Positions 8,935-16,596 of a stretch of 16,596 nt of DNA are shown one piece after another (the stretch's first letter is position 1; each line of letters starts with the position of its first letter). Under the pieces are notes generated by a model that was not told the DNA's origin, did no database searches, and saw only the letters and a list, made by a program, of their open reading frames with translations. This DNA comes from Vitrella brassicaformis CCMP3155 (lineage: Eukaryota > Protista > Chromerida): assembly GCA_001179505.1 (NCBI GenBank), contig CDMY01000828.1, positions 1-16,596 on the forward strand, in the 5' to 3' direction. A program made the translations under genes and the position numbers.

Positions 8935-9030
8935 GTAAGTGAGCGACCGGCTGGCTGACTGGCTGATCGATTTTTTTTTTAATTGTCTGTCCGTCTGTCC
9001 GTCCGTCTGTCTGTCTGTCTGTCTCTCTAG
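8935..9030 (+). other. Putative 96-nt intron downstream of the CFAP161 stop codon
   Basis: Perfect GTAAGT donor at 8935, then a T10 run and (GTCT/GTCC)n tract typical of introns in this window, then a ctctctag acceptor ending at 9030. Confidence 0.55.
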
Positions 9031-9429
9031 CTGTATACATGGAGTGTATGAGTGTGTGCCATGATTATTGTTAAGGGGTGGGGGGAGAAAAGTGTCTCTC
9101 CCTCGTCAGCCCTTGACAATATCGTGTGTGCTCCGACCAATATCCCCATGGCAATATACGTACGTATTACACACACTGCAGCATCATTCACTGAAACGCA
9201 TCATGCATGTGCGTACCACTTCCCCTCCATGCATTGCATCCGGTGCTGTGGCGGCTGTGGCTGCTGTGTTCGCAACGAGCAGGAGAGGCCAGGAAGAACA
9301 CCTTCGGCCCGGTAGAGACTGCGCGCCGCACCTGCGCCCCCACCGATAACGAACCCACATCGATAGCTGAACGCGCGGCGACTCCACCCTGTCACCATTC
9401 TTTGCTTGCAGTGCATTCGTCGTTCCCGG

Positions 9430-12400
9430 ATGGAAGACTTGCCGGGCACGCCAGCAGGTAGTGGCACAGCTGGATGCCTAACAATCGTACACCCAGCTGG
9501 GAAGGGGGGGGGGGGGGGGGNNNNNNNNNNNNNNNNNNNNNNNNNNNNNNNNNNNNNNNNNNNNNNNNNNNNNNNNNNNNNNNNNNNNNNNNNNNNNNNN
9601 NNNNNNNNNNNNNNNNNNNNNNNNNNNNNNNNNNNNNNNNNNNNNNNNNNNNNNNNNNNNNNNNNNNNNNNNNNNNNNNNNNNNNNNNNNNNNNNNNNNN
9701 NNNNNNNNNNNNNNNNNNNNNNNNNNNNNNNNNNNNNNNNNNNNNNNNNNNNNNNNNNNNNNNNNNNNNNNNNNNNNNNNNNNNNNNNNNNNNNNNNNNN
9801 NNNNNNNNNNNNNNNNNNNNGGGGGGGGGGGGGGCGCTTGGCATTGGGTTGTGTGCCGATTCAGGTGAGGATGCGGGAGCGCTCTCGCGGCCGTCTCCCC
9901 GTCCCGCCCACGGCAGAGAGGACCCGCAAGCAGACAAGGAAGCGTCAGAGTGTGCCCCTCCCCCTTTTCAGCGGTCCTCTCTGCTGGCTCAGACAGACCC
10001 CTCTCGTCCCCGCATCCCGCCCCTGCTGGCTGCCTCTCTCAACAGTGACCGCACGAGGCCTTCCACCAGTGCCACTGCACGAGACAGGACCGGCAAGTTC
10101 AGGTGGGGCGGGATGGTGTCGAGCCCGGGTGGGGACATGGCAGGGCAGGCGAGCCCTGGAGGGGAGGCGTCAGGTCAGCTGCTGTGGGAGATGACGATGG
10201 AGCTGGCAGAACTCAGCGCTGCTCGCGTCATGGACATCGTAGCCTTCCACTTCCTGGCCTACCACATTGTCAAGGAAACAGAAGTGAGCAGTCAGCCTTC
10301 GACCATGACAACAACTTGTCGCCATTTCATTGTGCTTCTCGCTCAGAGCCGAGCGGTCATCAACTTGAGCCCCAAGGGCAGCAGTGGTGCTCTTGCGCCC
10401 CCGGAGGGTGAAGGGCCTCCGACGGCTCGGTCGGGTGCATCTGACTTCTACACCCCACCTGAATCGCCCAAGAAGGCCCTGATGGCAATGTGCCAGGAAT
10501 ACAGGAACGAGGAAGACCCCAGAAGTGAGTGAGAATCGACGGGAGGGCCCTGTGTGCAGGCAAAAAGGAAGTCAGCCTGCCTCTCTCTGGATCGCTGCGC
10601 AGGTCTGCTGCGTCATATGCGACACTGCCCCTACATTGCGTCGTACTGGCAGGCACTGCGGCAGCGCGTCGAGGAGGACCATCCCGTCGGTCAGGCCATC
10701 AGACTCGCACTTGGTACCCACACAAGCGGTGGACTGGGCTTCCCTCGTCCTTCTCGGGTTACTCACAGCCCTGTCTTCTGCAGCTGGTCCCGAGGTCCTG
10801 CGTGTATCGTCTGCCTGGGAGAACTCAGACCTGTTCATCACTGTTCTGGATACACTGGAGAGGTGAGCTCCCTCCATTCCGTCCCCCCTTTCTCGTGCAG
10901 CTTGGCTTGGTGGAGACAGAAGCAGGGGCAGGCCGGACACAGTCCTTTGGTGCTCGCTTTGTGTCTGTGTGTTGTGTGTAGGCCGTATCGACTGGTTTCT
11001 GACGGAGACACTGCTGAGGGTCCCCCTACAGCCGTCGCTTCATCCTCAGGGCATCTGGGCGACACTCTTACCTCGGCACCAAGAGACCAGGGGCCCTCGC
11101 TGACAATGGCAGGCGATTCACTGGGAAAGAGCAAGGAAGATTCTCATTATGGAGGTCCGTCCCTTCCATTCGATGGCACTCAGCGGTCGTCTCTGCAGAA
11201 AAGCCGTCTAGGTGGCTCAGCGAAGCTGGAAGATCAAAGCTGCCCTGAGACAGGATCCCTTCATTTCAGCCAAGACAAGTCATTGGCGCCACACGAGGAT
11301 TTGCTGGGGCTCGGTGACGGCCGGGGAGAAAGCAGACAGAGCCACGACCTGCCTCCCCAGCAATCCCCTCTCTCCAACACATCTCTCCCGCCTCCGGGAA
11401 GGAGCCGCGAAGAAACAGACCTGCTGGGCCAGAGCGAGAGGGAGTCGCTGCGTCAGAGCGGTCCGAGTACTGCCAGGCGGTCGGCAGGACAGTCGCAAGA
11501 AGACACCCTTCACTACAGCGAGAGGGCCGCCTATGATGACATCCTCATCGACCGCAGCCTAATCGACGACGTGCAAATCGAGGAGGTGCTTGTTGAGGAG
11601 GAGTCTCCCCGCGACGAGGGCCAGGAAGGACCCCCAGGCGGCATTCTGGTGGTCGACCTTGCTCACCAGGACACCCTGGAGGCCCAGAACAAGAGCTTCG
11701 AGATGTCTCTCTCTCAGGGCCGGCAGAGCGGATTGGTGTCTATCGGAGGCAGTCAAGAGGCATCCCTGAGGCTGAGCCGACAGACGCCGACACGCCGCAG
11801 CCAAGAAGGCTCACTCGGACGAAGCAGAGACGATGACGGCACGGAAGTGCGCGGCAGCCTCCATGAGAGCCTGGCTAGTGAGGGGGGAAACGGGAAGGAG
11901 CGGCTGGGAGACTCGCGGACATCTGCTCACTCACATGGTGGACGGAGCCGCGAGGAGCCAGGCCCGGCTCCTGTGGACCTTCTGGGGCAGAGTCAGCAGA
12001 GCAGCGGCCATCGGCGGTCTCTGGGGCAAAGTCAGCAGGACGTCCTGCACGAGAGCGAGAGGACCGCATCCGTCAGGTCAAAGCAGTCGTCGCCGCTGGG
12101 TGCCAGCCATGAAGACCCCATCGCTTCTCCAGATGCACAAGACGACTCTGCTCAAAGCGGCCGGGAGGACCTCGGCGGTGAAGAGCAAGAGGCAGAAGAC
12201 GAGCCGCTGGTGGATACTGAGGATACTGCTCTGCTGCCAGACGCTGGCCAGGAGGTGGAGATTTCACATGAAGAAGAGGAGAAGCAGCAGACAGGGTTGC
12301 CTCTCCGCAAAGACGAGGAGGCGGGGGGTCATGGGGCCTTCCAGCAAGATCCCATGAATGAGGAGGAAGAGAACAATGAGCTGGGTGGGGATGACATTCA

Positions 12401-15400
12401 CGGTGAGGATGAGAATGCCGACGACGAAGGCGAGGCTGTCCCGCAGCAGGTCATCCATGACGCATACAAGGAGGAGGAGCCCGAGCCTCCCCGCGCGACC
12501 CCCTCTTTCATGGACTTCATGACAAACGAGCCACCGCCGCCACTTCAGCCACTGCCGCCATTCCGTCCCTCGTATGAGTCGCAGCAGTCATCAGACGAGG
12601 AATTCACCACCGGGGGCTTCATCGATGCGCACGACCGCGCCAAGATGATGAAGGGCATCAAGAACCAGGTCAGGCAGCAGCTGTTCGACCTGCTGGACAC
12701 CGATGCCGCCCCGTCCTTCCCGCTCGCACAGTCGGCAGCCCCCACACCTTTCCATCTCGCCGGCGACCGCAGAAACGTGTCGACCGCTGCGAGACCGGTG
12801 AAGAGTATGTCCTCGCCAGGGGCAATGACGTTCCTGCCGGCCAGCGGGGGGACAGAGGGCGACGCGTTGCGGGTGCCGAAGCCGCCCCGACGGACGTGCA
12901 CGTATCCATCCAAGGCCGCCCTTGCCGATGAGGAGCTGAGAGGGCAGGCGATCGCCGGGAAGACGGGTGGGAAGCTGTCACTGTCGGGTGAGGTGATCGA
13001 CCTGAACCAGAGTGGAGCCGCGCGCACCCTGGAGCAGTCACTGGCCACACCCGAGAATGAAGCCACACCGTTCTGGCGGGCATCAGGTACAGACTTATCA
13101 AACAAGGAAGAGCCTAGCTGTGTCTCATTAAATTAATTAGCATGTCTCTCTTTCTGTCCAGTACTTGGCCGCACGCACGCTGGCCTCGATGACTTACCGA
13201 TCCACCTGACACTCACGACCAACGTCGGCAAGTCCCTCGACGAGCACCTCGCCCCCCAGCGCAAGTCCCTCCCAAGTGTCACGCAAATCACAGCCAACAC
13301 CGGCCGCAGCAAGGCCAAGTCGCTGCCCCGCATCTTGGTCAAGACAGTGCCATTTGGCGTTGGGGGTCGGCCGGCGGGTGTGAGTGCCGAGGACAGACGT
13401 CGATCCTCTGAGGGCACCCATGACGACGACACATCAGACGATGAGGGATTCATCACCGGCCCCAAACTGGACGAAATCGAAGAGAGGGAGCGAGAGCGGC
13501 TGGTGGCCGGCAGCGGCCAGCGGGTGAGCATTTCTAAGGCGGTGCCCTTCCACGCCGCCCTCAGTGTCACATCAGCACCCCGCAGCAGTGTTGAGGAGCC
13601 AGAACCGCAGACAATGGCGCAGTCCGACAAGCAGCCAGGGGATACGCAGCCGACTGCACAGCCGATACACCTGACGAAGGGCGTCGAGCGGCCCGACACG
13701 GAGCCTGAGGAGGAGCAGACGGCCCCCCAGCCGCGTCAAGAGATTCCTCGCGTGAGTGAGTTGATGGCCTACCGGTCCCCCCTGCTGCAGTCGATGCCCT
13801 CCCCCGCTCCGCCCGCCCCCTCGCGCATCGCCACACAAACCGACATGAGGCTCAGCCAAATGGCCCGACAAGCGCTCAGAAACCAGCCTGTTCCCCCGCT
13901 GCCATCCCCGACGCACCCCCTAAGACGTGGACATGAGGCGTCGGTGCTCCATATGTACAAGCCACACGCCACCAGTGGTGGACATGAGGCGAATGGCCCC
14001 AGGAGCACACAGATGAGCGTCGCTGCCAAAAAGGCTGCGTCTGCGGGGCCAATGGTGCTGTCTGCTGCACTTGCTGTCAAGCCTGAGGCTTTGCCGAGAG
14101 GCCAGACGGTCGCAGTGGGGGCGCATGGCCGGCCACCTATCCCCCACCCACCACTCAACCGCCATCCTTTCGTCCCCTACTCTCGCTCCCCTGGATTCCC
14201 TGGTAAGTATGCGTCTCACCGGCTCACGAAGCCGCCGCCCGCGATGGCCCCGCCCCAGCAGGACACCTCGTCTGTCCACATCTTCCTCAGCCCACCCGCA
14301 TCCAGTCGTCCCAACGCCATCGAAATAGGCCCTCTTGTGCCGCCTCCCTCTCCAGTCAGCCCCCCTATGGACCGCTGGGCACTCCCGATTGCCTACAGCC
14401 CGTCGGGCCGGCCGCTGCCGGGTGCTCTGCTGCCCCTGGCCACCGTGCCCACATCGTCGTTTGCGCGAGACCGGTCTGTGTCTCAGCTGCACGGCAATGT
14501 CTCGCTCAAAGAGAGGGAGATGGTGACGAGCGATGCGATGGTGTCGCCGAGGCAGGGGAGTTCGTGGTTTGGGTGTAACAAGGGCGATCGACAGGGGCCG
14601 TGTGCACACTGCTCGCCCGTACGGGCACCGCCGACCATCCCGGGGCCTGCCTTTGTGCGCTCCAAGAGCACGCCGGCGTTGATTCCTCTGCTGCCCATCC
14701 ATCAAGGTGGGTGAGACGCCCTCACCACACCAAGCAGATCAATGCTCGTATGCATGTCTCCGGTATGGTATGCAGGTGCATCGTTGAGCCATCGTTCCCC
14801 CTCTTCGCCTGCCCTTCACAGGCAGCCCCTCATGCGCTCTGGCATTCCCCTCCCACCTCTCCTTCCCCCGTATATGCGCCATCCCTCTTCCCTGCCCCAC
14901 TCACCCATGCTGCAAGTGCAAAGACCCTTCTTCCCGTTCCACGGCTTGCCCATGTCTCCCGCCTCTTTGGCATCGCCCGGCCCCTACGAAAGAGCCGCAC
15001 TCGGGTCGTTTCTCAGCCCGACTCTGCAGCCACCGGCACTTTTCTCTGCCAGCCAGTCCCTGCTGCTGCCAAAGGCCCGACAGCCATCCAATGGTGTGGT
15101 GAGTGCGCTGTCCATCTATGGCAACGGGCAAAAGTCACCCGCGTCGCCGGAGCGCGTCGAGACGCGCACCTCCCACATGCTGAGCAAGCCGCCCATTCCT
15201 CGGCTTTCTGTGCCTCCGCTCCCCTTACCAGCTGTTCGCAACTTGTCGGCTTCTCCCATGGGTGTGGGTACGATTAAGGAGGAGACGACAGAGGAGCCCG
15301 ACACGAGCCGCAAAGAGCAGGAGAAGGGATGCGGGCCCTTTGTCAGCCGCCTCTTCCGCGGCAATCGAGGCGACAGAGACAAGCACAAGGAAGGCCTGCC

Positions 15401-15780
15401 GTCGAACCCCTTCAAATGCCAGTGGCGGTGCTCAAACGAAGATGGCAACGAAGCTGCAACAGCAGCAGCAGCCACTGGTACGGACATGTTAATGCTCGAA
15501 GGTCGCAAGTGTCCCTGACTGTCGAATCCCTTCTTGTTTCTCAGGCGGTCCCGGCAAGAAAGCCCCGAATGTCTCGTTTCTGTCCCCTGCACCAGGCGCA
15601 GCCCCACGTGTGGTGCCCTTCCAGCCAGACCCCATCCCTCCCAGCAACCCTGAGGCCAGCAACACCCTGCCCTCACACCTGTCGTCTCCCGTGTCCCGAC
15701 TTACCGGTCCCAACCCCCTGCCGACAACACCCAAGATGATCCAGCCTCGACGAATGTCAATCGAGGGACAGCGGAAGTGA
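9430..15780 (+). CDS. Large, mostly intrinsically disordered protein of unknown function, about 1800 aa, 9 exons
   Basis: Exons 9430-9457, 9865-10283, 10347-10524, 10603-10713, 10784-10862, 10982-13086, 13162-14706, 14776-15477 and 15545-15780 total 5403 nt, all GT-AG with consistent phases. The protein has short helical-looking N-terminal blocks, then S/Q/E/D-rich, acidic and P/S-rich regions. No recognisable domain. The start codon is uncertain and exons could be hidden in the gap. Confidence 0.7.
9504..9834. other. Assembly gap (300 N, 9521-9820) flanked by poly-G runs
   Basis: 17 G at 9504-9520 and 14 G at 9821-9834. The gap lies inside the modelled intron 9458-9864. Confidence 0.95.
11400..12065 (+). 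repeat. Degenerate peptide repeats in the orphan protein
   Basis: GRSREETDLLGQSERESLRQS...RRSAGQSQEDTLHYSER (about 11397-11525) versus GRSREEPGPAPVDLLGQSQQSSGHRRSLGQSQQDVLHESER (about 11940-12062). Confidence 0.65.
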
Positions 15781-16237
15781 TGTCTGATGTCTGTCGGCAG
15801 GGGTATGTGTATGCCTGAGTGTATGATGCGACTAGAGAGTGGATGGTAGCTAGTGTTTGTTCGTTTGATGGTGTTAGCGATTGATACGGACGGGGAAGCC
15901 CGGCGACAACAGACGGGAGAGAGAGAGAGAGAGAAGGTTTCCTTCCTTCGTCAGTCACATCAAAGGATGCAATGCACTGCGGCGAATCAATCGCATTGAA
16001 AGTAGCATCCAGTGTTGTCCTGTCCATACATGGATGCATCCGGTCCATCCATTGAGCCATGCCCACACACACCTGTCCTCCCTCCCTCTCGACACACACA
16101 TGCATCCATCCTGTCCACCAGCCCCCCGTGGAACTAGCCTTGATATCAGATAGAGTACACGTCAGCGCACGACACCACACCGCACTAGAAGGCTCACCTC
16201 ACTAGGTGGGGCAGAGCATAGATTGACCTTAGGTGGA

Positions 16238-16596
16238 CTAACCCTCGGCAGGCTCGGCTGACTGCTGGCTCGTCCGTCGGCTTTTCTGCGCGGGAGGAAG
16301 GACAGGACAAGACATACAACCAAACAGCAAATCATTTCCTCCTTCATGCTCATTGAAATGTGCACGACGGCGAACCTTTGGTGTCGGTTTCTCTGTGTGT
16401 GCACCAGCAGCCTCGTCGGTCCCCGGATTCTCTCTGCCGTCGGCCTTGTACGCTAACCCCTGATTGCCTCCATCGCTCCCTCCCCCGTGCGACCGCCCTC
16501 TCTTATTGCTGCCGGCACTTGGCTGCTGCACCGTTGAAGGCTGGGAGGGAAGGGGAGGCGTGGCGGTGTACTCGTAGCGATCGTCCTGCGGCGGGG
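16238..16596 (-). CDS. 3' end of a convergent gene, low-complexity C-terminus, function unknown
   Basis: Open frame from the right edge (PPQDDRYEYTATPPLPSQ...TEKPTPK), a probable 90-nt GT-AG intron at 16375-16286, and a last exon KSRRTSQQSAEPAEG* with TAG at 16240-16238. Confidence 0.55.
   Translation of the reverse strand, partial: PPQDDRYEYTATPPLPSQPSTVQQPSAGSNKRGRSHGGGSDGGNQGLAYKADGRENPGTDEAAGAHTEKPTPKVRRRAHFNEHEGGNDLLFGCMSCPVLPPAQKSRRTSQQSAEPAEG

Noticed and set aside
9229-9311. Cys-rich peptide MHCIRCCGGCGCC, resembling a palmitoylated N-terminus for the orphan
   Set aside because: Spliced through 9412-9457 to the 9864 acceptor it enters the wrong frame. The phase-consistent frame starts MEDLPGTPAG at 9430. 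At most a uORF.
10554-13136. 860-aa single ORF
   Set aside because: Its first roughly 140 codons run through introns and an off-frame exon. The real exon is 10982-13086.
14203-14261. Strong GTAAGT donor inside the orphan's exon 7
   Set aside because: The nearest acceptor is out of phase, and the sequence reads as Pro-rich coding in frame.
15964-16041. GGATGC/GCATCC inverted repeats and a GGATGCATCC palindrome between convergent genes
   Set aside because: They are short and built from the (GGAT)/(ATCC) simple repeats common in non-coding DNA here. No evidence for a MITE or terminator.
1-16596. CRISPR array, tRNA/rRNA, transposase or prokaryotic defence system
   Set aside because: There are no regularly spaced repeats with unique spacers, no RNA-gene signatures and no transposase or RT motifs. 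The window is spliceosomal-intron-containing eukaryotic DNA.

Overview
Intron-rich eukaryotic genomic DNA, GC-rich in exons, with mostly 60-135 nt introns full of (GT)n, (GTCT)n and (CAGA)n tracts. The style suggests a chromerid alveolate such as Vitrella (inference). It is not prokaryotic: I found no operon, CRISPR array, RNA gene or recognisable mobile element. I spliced the gene models by hand. From left to right: (1) a minus-strand unknown gene running off the left edge, preceded by a disrupted, pseudogene-like segment (about 790-1577) with which it shares a 31/32-nt repeat; (2) an 11-exon type-B carboxylesterase (1973-4887, minus strand, about 686 aa) with signal peptide, apparently intact Ser/Glu/His triad, C-terminal transmembrane helix and one GC-AG intron; (3) a 3-exon chalcone-isomerase-fold, FAP-like protein (5531-6442, minus strand, 242 aa) with a bipartite-looking leader; (4) head-to-head with it, a 10-exon CFAP161 (6773-8865, plus strand, 371 aa); (5) a roughly 1800-aa, mostly disordered orphan protein (9430-15780, plus strand) with FFAT-like motifs and degenerate internal repeats, whose first intron holds a poly-G-flanked 300-N gap; (6) the 3' end of a convergent minus-strand gene. 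No multi-gene novel system is demonstrable from sequence alone. The best leads are the FFAT-like motifs in the orphan, the membrane-anchored esterase beside a fatty-acid-binding-type CHI-fold gene, and several splicing oddities.
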